Shown here: positions 16,613 through 26,570 of the stretch, piece by piece
How positions within the stretch are numbered: position 1 is the first letter of the stretch
Layout of the letters: every line of letters starts with the position of its first letter
NCBI GenBank assembly: GCA_017962105.1
Contig: JAGCVY010000052.1
Span: 983 to 64,982 of the forward strand
Reading direction: 5' to 3'
Source of the DNA: Lachnospiraceae bacterium
Lineage (GTDB): Bacteria > Bacillota > Clostridia > Lachnospirales > Lachnospiraceae
Length of the DNA: 64,000 nucleotides
The notes under the pieces: model-generated
Seen by the model: the letters and a program-made list of their open reading frames with translations, nothing else
What the model was told of the DNA's origin: nothing
Database searches by the model: none
Program-made: the position numbers and the translations under genes

Positions 16613-18610
16613 TTAGCTTGTTTCTCCCTCCGGCTTTGCGCCTTCCGTTGAATTTCTTTTTGTCCGCCGCACCGGTTTGCCGGCCTGCGCCGGAAGGCTT
16701 TGCAGCACGACGATGGTACGCGCGGGGATCACCAACGCCCCCTCCACGGTTTCTCCCGTCTTCAGGGAAGCGTCCGTCGCGATCGCGATCCGGAACCCGC
16801 CCCGCCCGGGCAGCACGGGAATGGCAAAGGTCTGCTCCTCCCAATACATGTTGAACATCAGGTAGAAGGAATCGTCCCGGTCCTCATGCCCGACACGGGC
16901 AAAATCACCGGAGAGCAGGATTCCGAGACACCGGTTGTAGGGACTGTCGTCCGGTCTCCAGGCCTCCCTGCCGTGCACGGACACATCCGGTGCACCGCTG
17001 GAGAGGTAATCCATCCCACGCAGGGGAATGGGGTTGTGCAGAACCGGATGAGCCTTCCGGAGGGCAATGGCATCCCGCACAAAGGTCGTGAACTCCGCCT
17101 GCCGCTTCTGTAGGGCCCAATTGACCCAGCCGGTGGGGTTATCCTGATTGTACGCGTTGTTGTTTCCGCCCTGGGAGTTCCCGAACTCGTCACCCGCGAG
17201 AAGCATCGGCGCGCCCTGCGACAACAGCATTGCAAGAACTGCATTCTTCCGCATGCGGAGCCGTAACTCGCGGATCCGTTTCCGCATGTCGGGGCCCTCC
17301 GCGCCGCAGTTCCAGCTGTAATTGTAGTCGCTGCCGTCGCGGCCGTGTTCGCCGTTCGCCTCATTGTGCTTCACATCATAGGAATACAGGTCCGCAAGAG
17401 TGAACCCGTTGTGGTCGGTGATATAGTTGATGACTCCGGCGTTATTCCTGCTCTTTGTGACACGCTCGGAAAATGCCCTTGCCATCGCCTCGTCGCCCTT
17501 TAAAAACCGCCTTGCATCCACGAGGAATCCGTCGTTATACTCGGCAAGCATCGGGGTTTTCGGGGCTGCCGTCGCGCGATAGATATCGCCGGCGTCAAAT
17601 CCTCCGCAGAGGATCTTGGTCTCCGAGAGATACGGATCGGTGGCCGCCATACGCAGATCCACCGCGTCACCGCTTAAGCGGAAACCGTCAATCCCGTACT
17701 CGCGGACCCAGAAGCGCAGGGCATCCATGACCATGCAGCGGTTCACGTCCGCGGGGATCATCATTTCCAGGAGAACTTCGATGCCGGCGGCATGAAGCTT
17801 GCGCACCATCATCCGGAATTCCGTGTCGGCCCTGCCGGGATCCGAAGCGTAGGAAGCCTTGGGTGCAAACAGGAAATAATGCTTCGCATATCCCCAGTAA
17901 TTGACCTTCTGCTCCCGGTCCGCCGCCTCGGCGATCTCCTCCGGGATGCGGGGCTGCATACCGCTTCCGCGGTAGTACGGCGAGGACACGAAATACGGCG
18001 TGCTCTCGTCGCGGTCTCCCTCCCGGAAGCACTCGTTGAACTCCGTGACCGGCATCAGCAGCACCGCGTTGATGCCGAGGGTCTGCAGGTAATTAATCTT
18101 GCCGGCAAGTCCGGCATAGGTTCCGGCATAGGCGCTCTTCGTCTCCTTGGTAAAGCCGCGCACGTGCAGCTTGTAGAGGATCATATCGTTCATCGCAATG
18201 CCCGGTTTTCCCTGGGCTGCGATGCCTGCGGACGGGCGCACGATGCCGCGGACAAGCCGCTCCTCCTTCGCCGGAACGCGTCTTCCGAAGCGTTCTCTTC
18301 CTGCAAGCAAACGGGCATACGGATCAACGAAACGCATGCCCTTCATCTCATAATCATACTGCCAGCCGCCCTCGGGCGTATCGCCGGCAAGTTTCACATT
18401 CACACAAAACACCGAGGCCGTCCGGTCTGCCGCATCCATCACAACAGTACACTCCGGCGTCTCCGCGTTTCCGCGGTAGATCCGCAGCGTTACCTCCTCG
18501 GCACCGGGAACCGAAACCGCAAAATTGACACAGGCTCCCGCAACCGTCGCCCCCAAAGGTGCCGGCACGCCTTTTTTCACTTCAAATGTGTTTCCTTCTG
18601 CCAATTTCAT
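16613..18610 (-). CDS. GlgX/isoamylase-like GH13 protein, catalytic residues apparently substituted
   Basis: I prefer ATG 18610 (MKLAEGNTFEVKKGVPAPLGATV), because the track start at 18694 overlaps the ABC-F gene end. GlgX hallmarks are present: LLAGDEFGNSQGGNNNAYNQDN and KHNEANGEHGRDGSDYNYSWNCG. However, region II reads DGFRLSGDA, region III KILCGGFDAG and region IV ITDHNGFTL. Confidence 0.8.
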   Translation of the reverse strand: MKLAEGNTFEVKKGVPAPLGATVAGACVNFAVSVPGAEEVTLRIYRGNAETPECTVVMDAADRTASVFCVNVKLAGDTPEGGWQYDYEMKGMRFVDPYARLLAGRERFGRRVPAKEERLVRGIVRPSAGIAAQGKPGIAMNDMILYKLHVRGFTKETKSAYAGTYAGLAGKINYLQTLGINAVLLMPVTEFNECFREGDRDESTPYFVSSPYYRGSGMQPRIPEEIAEAADREQKVNYWGYAKHYFLFAPKASYASDPGRADTEFRMMVRKLHAAGIEVLLEMMIPADVNRCMVMDALRFWVREYGIDGFRLSGDAVDLRMAATDPYLSETKILCGGFDAGDIYRATAAPKTPMLAEYNDGFLVDARRFLKGDEAMARAFSERVTKSRNNAGVINYITDHNGFTLADLYSYDVKHNEANGEHGRDGSDYNYSWNCGAEGPDMRKRIRELRLRMRKNAVLAMLLSQGAPMLLAGDEFGNSQGGNNNAYNQDNPTGWVNWALQKRQAEFTTFVRDAIALRKAHPVLHNPIPLRGMDYLSSGAPDVSVHGREAWRPDDSPYNRCLGILLSGDFARVGHEDRDDSFYLMFNMYWEEQTFAIPVLPGRGGFRIAIATDASLKTGETVEGALVIPARTIVVLQSLPAQAGKPVRRTKRNSTEGAKPEGETS

Positions 18611-18665
18611 CTGATCACCCCAATAATGCTTTCGTCGATTGACGTTATGCCCTTCATGCGGGACT

Positions 18666-20300
18666 TCAGTCGTCCTCCTCCGCATTGACCACAAGCTTCT
18701 GACGCTTGACGGCCATCTCGTCGCTCTCGAGGTACTCGTCGTAGGTTGTCACCTTGTCGATCAGCGATCCGTCCGGAAGGATCTCCATGATCCGGTTGCC
18801 GACCGTCTGAATGAACTGGTGGTCCTGAGAGGTGAACAGCGCAACGCCCGTAAACTTCATCAGGCCGTTGTTCAAAGCCGTGATCGACTCCATATCCAAA
18901 TGGTTGGTGGGCTCGTCAAGGATCAGAACGTTGGCGCCCATGATCATCATCTTCGAGAGAAGCACGCGCACGCGCTCACCTCCGGAGAGAACGTTCACCG
19001 GCTTCACGCCGTCATCCCCTGCGAAGAGCATACGCCCTAAGAATCCGCGGACATACGTCACATCCTTCTCCGGGGAGAAGGGCATCAGGAAATCCACGAT
19101 GGACTCACTGCCCTTGAAGAGCTCCGTGTTATCCTTCGGAAAATACGCCTGCGTCGTGGTGATCCCCCACTTGAATTCGCCGGAATCCGGCTCCATCTCG
19201 CCGGCCAGGATCTTAAACAGAACCGTGCTTGCCATGGTGTTGGAACCGACGAAGGCAACCTTGTCCTCTCGGCCGAGGACGAAGGAAATATCATCGAGGA
19301 CCTTCACGCCGTCGATGGACTTCGAAAGGTGAGAAACCGTGAGCACCTCGTTTCCGATGTCGCGGTTCGGGCGGAAATCGATGTAGGGATATTTGCGGGA
19401 CGAGGGACGGATGTCGTCAAGCTCGATTTTCTCCAGGGCACGCTTTCTGGAAGTTGCCTGTTTGGACTTCGAGGCGTTGGCGGAGAAGCGCTGGATGAAC
19501 TCCTGCAGCTCCTTGATCTTCTCCTCCTTCTTGCGGTTCGCTTCCTTCATCTGCTTGATCATCAGCTGGCTCGACTCATACCAGAAATCGTAGTTGCCGG
19601 CGTAGAGCTGGATCTTCGAGTAGTCGATATCCGCGATGTGCGTACACACCTTGTTGAGGAAATAACGGTCGTGGGAAACCACGATGACCGTGTTGTCAAA
19701 GTTGATCAGGAACTCCTCAAGCCACTGGATCGCCGCAAGATCGAGGTGGTTGGTGGGCTCGTCGAGAAGAAGGATGTCCGGGTTGCCGAACAGGGCCTGC
19801 GCAAGGAGAACCTTCACCTTGTCGCTGCCGTTCAGTTCGCTCATCTGCATATAATGCATGTCCGTCTCGATCCCGAGACCGTTTAAGAGAGTCGCGGCAT
19901 CGGACTCCGCCTCCCAGCCGTTCAGCTCGGCGAACTCGTTCTCCAGTTCACTCGCCTTGATGCCGTCCTCCTCGGTGAAATCCTCCTTGGCGTAGATGGC
20001 GTCCTTCTCCTGCATAATGTCGTAGAGACGCTTGTTGCCCATAATGACGGTGCTCAGCACGTCGTATGCGTCATACTTGAAGTGGTCATGCTGCAGGAAC
20101 GAGAGCCGCTGTCCCGGGGTGATGATGACATCTCCCTTGGTGGGCTCCAGCTGCCCGTTCAGGATCTTTAAGAAGGTGGATTTGCCGGCACCGTTAGCAC
20201 CGATGATGCCGTAGCAGTTGCCCTCCGTGAATTTGATGTTCACATCCTCAAACAGCGCCTTCTTTCCGATGCGCAGCGTGATGTTACTTGCCTGTATCAT
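18666..20300 (-). CDS. ABC-F family ATPase (two NBDs, no transmembrane domain)
   Basis: 544 aa. It has two Walker A motifs (GANGAGKST and a degenerate second NBD), two signature/Walker B pairs (LLLDEPTNHLD, LILDEPTNHLD) and an inter-domain linker MKEANRKKEEKIKELQEFIQRF. Confidence 0.9.
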   Translation of the reverse strand: MIQASNITLRIGKKALFEDVNIKFTEGNCYGIIGANGAGKSTFLKILNGQLEPTKGDVIITPGQRLSFLQHDHFKYDAYDVLSTVIMGNKRLYDIMQEKDAIYAKEDFTEEDGIKASELENEFAELNGWEAESDAATLLNGLGIETDMHYMQMSELNGSDKVKVLLAQALFGNPDILLLDEPTNHLDLAAIQWLEEFLINFDNTVIVVSHDRYFLNKVCTHIADIDYSKIQLYAGNYDFWYESSQLMIKQMKEANRKKEEKIKELQEFIQRFSANASKSKQATSRKRALEKIELDDIRPSSRKYPYIDFRPNRDIGNEVLTVSHLSKSIDGVKVLDDISFVLGREDKVAFVGSNTMASTVLFKILAGEMEPDSGEFKWGITTTQAYFPKDNTELFKGSESIVDFLMPFSPEKDVTYVRGFLGRMLFAGDDGVKPVNVLSGGERVRVLLSKMMIMGANVLILDEPTNHLDMESITALNNGLMKFTGVALFTSQDHQFIQTVGNRIMEILPDGSLIDKVTTYDEYLESDEMAVKRQKLVVNAEEDD

Positions 20301-20378
20301 GTCTTTCTTACTCCTATCTTTGTCATACTTACTGCTCTTTCTGAATCTGTGACCGCCTTACGGCCCGGAACGGGTCCG

Positions 20379-22487
20379 TCACACCTCGAAGAGCATCTCC
20401 GCATAGGTCGGTACCGGCCACAGGTCGCGGTCGATCAGCATTTCCAGACGGTCGATCGGTGCGCGGAGTGCCGCCATCGCGGGAACCACATGGGCGTGGA
20501 AGAATTCCGCCATCTCACGGCCTTCGGCCTTGCCCACCGCCTCCTCATCAAGACGGCGGAGTTCCGTAAGCGCATCCTGCGCCTGGCGGAGAAGCTGCGA
20601 CGTCTCTAAGAGAAGCTCGATCTGAACGCTTGTATCCGCCTCGGGAACGGCATCCGTGATCGTCTTCACAGAGTCCGCAAGGCGGGTCGTGAAGCGGATG
20701 ACCGAGGGGATGTATTTGCAGCCCGCCATGGAGATCATGGTGCGGGCCTCAATGTTGATCGCTTTCGCGTAGATCTCATAGTCAATCTCCGCGCGGCTGC
20801 GAAGCTCGGTCTCGGTAAATACGCCCTGATGACCGAATGTCGCGATCGCCTTGTCCGTGACAAGGGCGGGAATGGCATCAACCATGGAGCGCAGGTTCGG
20901 CAGACCTCTTCTCTCGGCCTCCTCAACCCACTCCTGCGAATAGCCGTTGCCGTTGAAGATGATGCGCTCATGCTCCGCGAGGGAAGTCTTGATCAGGTCG
21001 TGAACCGCCTGCTCGAAGTCGTCCGCTTTCTCCAGAATATCGGCAAACCGCTCCAAAGTCTCCGCGACAATGGTGTTGAGCACCGTGTTGGCGTCCGCGA
21101 TGGACATGGAGGAACCGACGGAACGGAACTCGAATTTGTTTCCGGTAAATGCGAAGGGCGACGTACGGTTTCTGTCCGTGGCGTCACGGCCGATGGACGG
21201 AAGCGTCGAAACGCCCGTGTAAAGGCGTCCTTCCTTCTTTAAGCGCTTCGCCTCGCCGGTCTCCACAAGCTGGGTGACAACGTCGTCCAGCTGCTCTCCG
21301 AGGAACACGGAAATGATCGCGGGCGGTGCCTCGTTGGCCCCGAGACGGTGGTCGTTTCCGGGGTTGGCCGCCGAAAGGCGCAGCAGGTCCGCATGGTTGT
21401 CAACCGCCTCCAGGACCGCCGTTAAGAACAGCAGGAACTGCACGTTCTCGTTGGGCGTCTTGCCGGGATTTAAGAGGTTCTTGCCCGAGTCGGTGATCAG
21501 GGACCAGTTGTTGTGCTTGCCCGATCCGTTCACGCCGGCAAAGGGCTTCTCGTGAAGGAGGCACTCCAAGCCGTGGCGCTTTGCCACCTTCTTCATGCAC
21601 TCCATGATCAGCTGGTTGTGGTCGGTGGAAACATTGACCGTGGTATAAACCGGCGCGAGCTCATGCTGCGCGGGCGCCGCCTCGTTGTGCTGCGTCTTCG
21701 CGTAGATGCCGAGCTTCCAGAGTTCCCGGTTCAGTTCCTTCATGAACGCACCCACACGCTCCTTCAGGCTTCCGAAGTAGTGGTCGTCCATCTCCTGCCC
21801 CTTCGGGGGCTTTGCACCGAAGAGCGTGCGTCCCGTAAAGATCAGGTCCTCACGCTTCATATAGTTCGCATGATCGATCAGAAAATACTCCTGCTCTGCG
21901 CCGACGGAACACTCCACGCGGTTCACATCGGTGTGGCCGAACAACCTGAGCACACGAAGTGCCTGCTTGTTGATCGCCGCCATCGAACGGAGAAGCGGCG
22001 TCTTCATGTCAAGCGCATCGCCTGTGTAAGAGCAGAATGCGGTGGGGATGCACAGCGTCACGCCGGAGGCGTCCTCCCGAAGGAACGCCGGCGATGTGAA
22101 GTCCCAGGTCGTATATCCGCGGGCCTCGAAGGTCGCACGGAGACCGCCGCTGGGGAAGGAGGATGCATCGGGCTCACCCTTGATCAGCTCCTTGCCGGAG
22201 AACTCCATGATGGCCTTGCCGCCCGGAGCCGGCGTGATAAACGAGTCATGCTTCTCCGCCGTGATGCCGGTAAGGGGCTGGAACCAATGCGTAAAATGCG
22301 TCGCCCCGCGCTCGATTGCCCAGTCCTTCATGGCACAGGCAATCTCCTGCGCAACCTCGCCGGTCAGCTGTTCCGACCGCTCCATCGCAGTCTTCCACGC
22401 GGCAAATGTCTCCGCGGAGAGTCTCTCCTTCATCACTGTCTCATTGAACGAATCCATTCCGAAGATATCGGTCAATTGTTCCGTCAT
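20379..22487 (-). CDS. glnN: Glutamine synthetase type III
   Basis: 702 aa, the length typical of GSIII. Motifs are THFTHWFQPLTG ... GAEQEYFLID ... HNEAAPAQHELAPVY ... HEKPFAGVNGSGKHNNWS. Confidence 0.9.
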   Translation of the reverse strand: MTEQLTDIFGMDSFNETVMKERLSAETFAAWKTAMERSEQLTGEVAQEIACAMKDWAIERGATHFTHWFQPLTGITAEKHDSFITPAPGGKAIMEFSGKELIKGEPDASSFPSGGLRATFEARGYTTWDFTSPAFLREDASGVTLCIPTAFCSYTGDALDMKTPLLRSMAAINKQALRVLRLFGHTDVNRVECSVGAEQEYFLIDHANYMKREDLIFTGRTLFGAKPPKGQEMDDHYFGSLKERVGAFMKELNRELWKLGIYAKTQHNEAAPAQHELAPVYTTVNVSTDHNQLIMECMKKVAKRHGLECLLHEKPFAGVNGSGKHNNWSLITDSGKNLLNPGKTPNENVQFLLFLTAVLEAVDNHADLLRLSAANPGNDHRLGANEAPPAIISVFLGEQLDDVVTQLVETGEAKRLKKEGRLYTGVSTLPSIGRDATDRNRTSPFAFTGNKFEFRSVGSSMSIADANTVLNTIVAETLERFADILEKADDFEQAVHDLIKTSLAEHERIIFNGNGYSQEWVEEAERRGLPNLRSMVDAIPALVTDKAIATFGHQGVFTETELRSRAEIDYEIYAKAINIEARTMISMAGCKYIPSVIRFTTRLADSVKTITDAVPEADTSVQIELLLETSQLLRQAQDALTELRRLDEEAVGKAEGREMAEFFHAHVVPAMAALRAPIDRLEMLIDRDLWPVPTYAEMLFEV

Positions 22488-22518
22488 GTGTCTCCACCTC
22501 TTGTAGTGTATTCCGCTG

Positions 22519-23367
22519 TTACGGCGTCTTGTCCATATGGATATCTATCTGCTGGAACGGGATTGTGAAGCCCCGTTCGGTCATGGCGTACTTGATCTCT
22601 TCCATCAGGCCGAAGTACACCGGCCAGTAGTCCTCCTTCTTCACCCAGACACGGAAGACCATGTTGACGGAGCTCTCTCCGAACTCCTTCACATACACTT
22701 CCTTCGGGTGTTCCGGAAGGATCTTATCATTGCCGTCCGCAACCGCGAGAAGCATCTCGCGGACTCCGCGGATGTCATCCTCGTAGGCGATCGGAACAAT
22801 GATGTCCACACGCCGCTCCGGCTGTGCGGATACGTTGATCAGGTTGGTGTTCGCAAGGCCGCCGTTGGGAAGGATGACCGTGCGGTTATCCGGCGTCAGC
22901 AGTCTGGTATAGCAGATGCCGATCTCCCGGACCGTGCCTTCCATCCCCGAGGCAACGATGTAGTCCCCGACGACGAAGGGCTTCGTCAGAAGGATCAGCA
23001 CCCCGCCGGCGAAGTTCGAAAGGCTTCCCTGCAGCGCGAGGCCGATGGCCAGTCCGGCGGAACCGATGATGGTTGCTACCGACGTGATCGGCAGTCCGAG
23101 AAGCTCGAACAGCATCACAAACAGGATCGTGTACATCACGACCTTGCACAGGGAACCCAGGAATTTCGCCAGACCGGCATCCATTCCCTTCTCCTGTCTT
23201 GCTGCAAGCCCCCGCTCTATGAGGGACAGTATTTTCCGAATTACCTTTCGCCCGAGCCACCATAAAAAGATGGCAAAAAGGATGCGGACGGCAACCGCTG
23301 CGAACAGCGTCAGAGCCGTCGTAAAATCCCCCTTGGAAAGGCTTTGCAGGAACTCTTTCATAATCAC
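22519..23367 (-). CDS. Small-conductance mechanosensitive channel (MscS family)
   Basis: TM helices are followed by LTKPFVVGDYIVASGMEGTVREIGICYTRLLTPDNRTVILPNGGLANTNLINVS. GTG 23367 overlaps the glgB stop as GTGA. ATG 23361 is an alternative start. Confidence 0.9.
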   Translation of the reverse strand: MIMKEFLQSLSKGDFTTALTLFAAVAVRILFAIFLWWLGRKVIRKILSLIERGLAARQEKGMDAGLAKFLGSLCKVVMYTILFVMLFELLGLPITSVATIIGSAGLAIGLALQGSLSNFAGGVLILLTKPFVVGDYIVASGMEGTVREIGICYTRLLTPDNRTVILPNGGLANTNLINVSAQPERRVDIIVPIAYEDDIRGVREMLLAVADGNDKILPEHPKEVYVKEFGESSVNMVFRVWVKKEDYWPVYFGLMEEIKYAMTERGFTIPFQQIDIHMDKTP

Positions 23368-25604
23368 TTCTTCTCCTTAAGGATCGGCGTGCAGGTGAAG
23401 ATCGCACAGCCGAGAGGCGGGATCGTGATCTGGATCGAATTGTCACGGCCGTCCACGCGCTCCTCTTTCGACTGCTTCAGGCGGGCGTTGACATTGCCGC
23501 TGCCGCCGTACTGGACGGCGTCGGAGTTGAAGATCTCTTTGTATTTGCCGGGGAACGGAACGCCGAGAGGCTGCTTCTCGTACACCACAGGCGTAAAGTT
23601 GCAGACCACAAAGAGGGACTCCGCAGGATCCTCCGTCTTGCGGACGAAGGTGACGATGCTGTGGTCCGCGTCAAGGCAGCTCATCCACTCGAATCCGTCC
23701 GGATCCTGATCCAGTTTGTAAAGCGCAGGATGGGAAACGTACAGCGCGTTGAGGTCGCGCACCATCGCATGGATCTTGGCGTTGAGAGTGCCCGCCTGGT
23801 CACCGTCCACCTTGTCGGTCAGAAGGTGCCACTCGAGGCTCTTCTCTTCGCTCCATTCCGCGAGCTGTGCCATATCCTGACCCATGAACAAAAGCTTCTT
23901 TCCGGGATGGCACATCATGAAGCCGTAGGCGACGCGCAGATTGGCGAACTTCTCCTCGTAGGTGCCGGGCATCTTCCCGAGCATGGAACCCTTGCCGTGC
24001 ACCACCTCGTCGTGGGAGAGCACGAGGATGAAATTCTCACTGTATGCATAGATCATGCTGAACGTAAGCGATCCGTGGCAGCCTCTGCGGAACAGGGGAT
24101 CCTGCCGCATGTAGGTCGTAAAATCGTTCATCCAGCCCATATTCCACTTGAAATCGAAGCCGAGGCCCTCGTCGTTGAGGTCGCCCGTGATCTTCGGCCA
24201 TGCCGTCGATTCCTCCGCGATCATCAAAGCGCCGGGAACCAGTTTCTTGGCAATGGAGTTCAGGTGCTTCAGAAGCTCGATCGCCTCGAGGTTCTCGTTG
24301 CCGCCGTACATGTTGGCGACCCACTCTCCGTCGTTCTTGCCGTAGTCCAGATACAGCATCGATGCGACAGCGTCCATGCGGATGCCGTCCACGTGGTATT
24401 TCTTAAGCCAGAACAGGGCGTTGGCGATCAGGAAGTTGGAAACCTCCGGCCGGCCGTAGTTGAAGATCAGCGTACCCCAGTGCGGGTGGCTTCCCTTGCG
24501 GGGATCCTGATGCTCGTACAGGCAGGTCCCGTCGAAGTTCGAAAGACCGAAGGTGTCTCTCGGAAAATGAGCCGGCACCCAGTCGAGGATCACGCCGATC
24601 CCCTGCTTGTGCATGTAATCCACGAAATACATGAAATCTTCCGGCGAGCCGTAGCGGGAAGTGACCGCATAGTAGCCCGTCACCTGGTACCCCCAGGAGG
24701 CGTCAAGGGGATGCTCCATCAGAGGCATCAGCTCAATGTGGGTGTATCCGGTCTTCTTGACGTACTCGGCAAGCATGACCGCCAGCTCGCGGTAGTTGTA
24801 AAAGCTTCCGTTCTCATCGTTCGGCTTCTTCCAGGAGCCGAGGTGAACCTCATAGATCGCCATCGGGGAAGCCTTGAAGTCAATCTGTTTGCGCTCCTCC
24901 AGATAGCGTTCGTCGTTCCACTCATAGTTTCTCAGGTCTGCGACGCGGGATGCCGTGCCGGGGCGAAGCTCCGCCGCGTTTGCATACGGGTCCGCCTTCA
25001 GGTAGGTGAGACCGCCCTTTACCTTGATCTCGAACTTGTACAACTCCCCTGCGCCGACGCCCGGGATGAACAGCTCGAAGATCCCGCTGCCGCCGAGTCT
25101 GCGCATCGGATAGAGACGGCCGTCCCAGTGGTTGAAATCACCGACGACGCTGATACGCATGGCGTTGGGCGCCCACACGGCGAAATACGTTCCGTCGACT
25201 CCGTCGAGAGTCATCGGATGTGCGCCGAGCTTCTCATACACGGTGTAGTGGATTCCCGCGTTAAATTCACGGCAATCCTCCTCGGTAATCTGCGGCCAGA
25301 AGCGGTACGCGTCCTCGCAGGTGCGCTCGCCGCCCTCGTAGAGGAAGCGGAAGTGGTATTTGCCCTCCGGGGCAAGGCAGGCGAAAAATCCTCCCTCGTC
25401 AACCTTCTCCATCTCAATCGACTCCGCCTTGCCGGCCTCCCCAAGCAGAAGGATCGCCCTTTCCGCGTTGGGGTCAAACGCCGTATACACCATACCGTTC
25501 TTGGCTCTGTGAGCTCCCAGCACGGTGTGGGGATCGTCGTGTTCGGAATAAACAATCGCTTCAATGTCCCGCCAATTCATCAATTTGTACAAGGTCTCGT
25601 CCAT
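23364..25604 (-). CDS. glgB: 1,4-alpha-glucan branching enzyme
   Basis: 746 aa. The GH13 regions are intact: DWVPAHF, VDGIRMDAVASMLY, MIAEESTAWP and VLSHDEVVHGK. A CGGAGGTA RBS precedes the start. Confidence 0.95.
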   Translation of the reverse strand: MDETLYKLMNWRDIEAIVYSEHDDPHTVLGAHRAKNGMVYTAFDPNAERAILLLGEAGKAESIEMEKVDEGGFFACLAPEGKYHFRFLYEGGERTCEDAYRFWPQITEEDCREFNAGIHYTVYEKLGAHPMTLDGVDGTYFAVWAPNAMRISVVGDFNHWDGRLYPMRRLGGSGIFELFIPGVGAGELYKFEIKVKGGLTYLKADPYANAAELRPGTASRVADLRNYEWNDERYLEERKQIDFKASPMAIYEVHLGSWKKPNDENGSFYNYRELAVMLAEYVKKTGYTHIELMPLMEHPLDASWGYQVTGYYAVTSRYGSPEDFMYFVDYMHKQGIGVILDWVPAHFPRDTFGLSNFDGTCLYEHQDPRKGSHPHWGTLIFNYGRPEVSNFLIANALFWLKKYHVDGIRMDAVASMLYLDYGKNDGEWVANMYGGNENLEAIELLKHLNSIAKKLVPGALMIAEESTAWPKITGDLNDEGLGFDFKWNMGWMNDFTTYMRQDPLFRRGCHGSLTFSMIYAYSENFILVLSHDEVVHGKGSMLGKMPGTYEEKFANLRVAYGFMMCHPGKKLLFMGQDMAQLAEWSEEKSLEWHLLTDKVDGDQAGTLNAKIHAMVRDLNALYVSHPALYKLDQDPDGFEWMSCLDADHSIVTFVRKTEDPAESLFVVCNFTPVVYEKQPLGVPFPGKYKEIFNSDAVQYGGSGNVNARLKQSKEERVDGRDNSIQITIPPLGCAIFTCTPILKEKK

Positions 25605-25657
25605 ATTGATTACCTCCGTTGTATTGTGCGTGGATTTCTATCGTTCAGCGTCCTTTT

Positions 25658-26323
25658 TCACTCGAGATACCAGGTGTCAACAGTATTCTCCTCGCCTTCC
25701 GCAGGCTTCGGAGTGTATTTGCGGAGAATCTTCTCCATAAGCAGCGACTCCAGGAATGCGTACCCGGAACAGCCGATCAGGAAGACGACCAGATAAAACG
25801 GCGGGAACACAGCCGCCAGGAACACTTCGGCTGCAAGGATCAAAGCCATGAGCAGCGTGCTCGGAAGGTGGCGGAGGGAAAGGAAAAACGCCATTTTGAT
25901 GATCTTCATCGTAGGAAGGCTGAATCTTGACAGCACCGGGTAAAGATAAATAGAAAGGAACACAAAGAGCACGGTAAAGATCAGCCAGAGCATGAAATAG
26001 ATCTGGGAAACCGTCTCCCCCTCCTTCATGGACATTGCAAACCAATAGCAGTAGTACAGGGAAAACGCGGCGATCGCCTGCAGGATACCGATGACAAATC
26101 CCTGTTTGAAATTGATCTTGAAGGAATGGAAAAATGTTTTTATCGTATATCCGCGGCTCTTGCGGATGTTCTTGGCGACCGCGTAATACAGGCCGGTGGA
26201 GGCCGGTCCGATGCCGAGGATCACCGTGAGGATGAAAAGCCAGTTGAGGACCATCACGTCCCAAAGTTTATTCATCGCGGAGAAGAATCTGTTTTCCGAA
26301 TTAAAGACGTCGTTGATGTTCAT
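25658..26323 (-). CDS. YesL/DUF624-family membrane protein
   Basis: 221 aa. The N-terminus FFSAMNKLWDVMVLNWLFILTVILGIGPASTGLYYAVAKNIRKSRGY is typical of DUF624. Confidence 0.7.
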   Translation of the reverse strand: MNINDVFNSENRFFSAMNKLWDVMVLNWLFILTVILGIGPASTGLYYAVAKNIRKSRGYTIKTFFHSFKINFKQGFVIGILQAIAAFSLYYCYWFAMSMKEGETVSQIYFMLWLIFTVLFVFLSIYLYPVLSRFSLPTMKIIKMAFFLSLRHLPSTLLMALILAAEVFLAAVFPPFYLVVFLIGCSGYAFLESLLMEKILRKYTPKPAEGEENTVDTWYLE

Positions 26324-26510
26324 TGAAGGTCCCCGTTTTCCGTGTTTTCGCGCTGATCCCGCCGCAGATTTCGCGGCCGTTCTTCCGACAGCGCATAGTT
26401 ATTAATAGTGTACCTTATTTGCCGCTTTTCGTCAAGTCACGAGTTGCTTTCTTTCAAGGCAGGGATTGCTTTGTTCAAAGCGGTTTGGTATGGCATTTCC
26501 GCGGGGAATA

Positions 26511-26519
26511 TGGTATACT
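26511..26519 (+). promoter_or_regulatory. Extended -10 promoter element upstream of the patatin-like gene
   Basis: TGgTATACT lies about 50 nt upstream of ATG 26571, and the -35 is weak. If it is used, the track start at 26466 lies upstream of the transcript. Confidence 0.4.
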
Positions 26520-26570
26520 CCTTTTGGGAAAACATGGGGTTTCCCGCGCAACACTATTTCGGAGGGGAAT

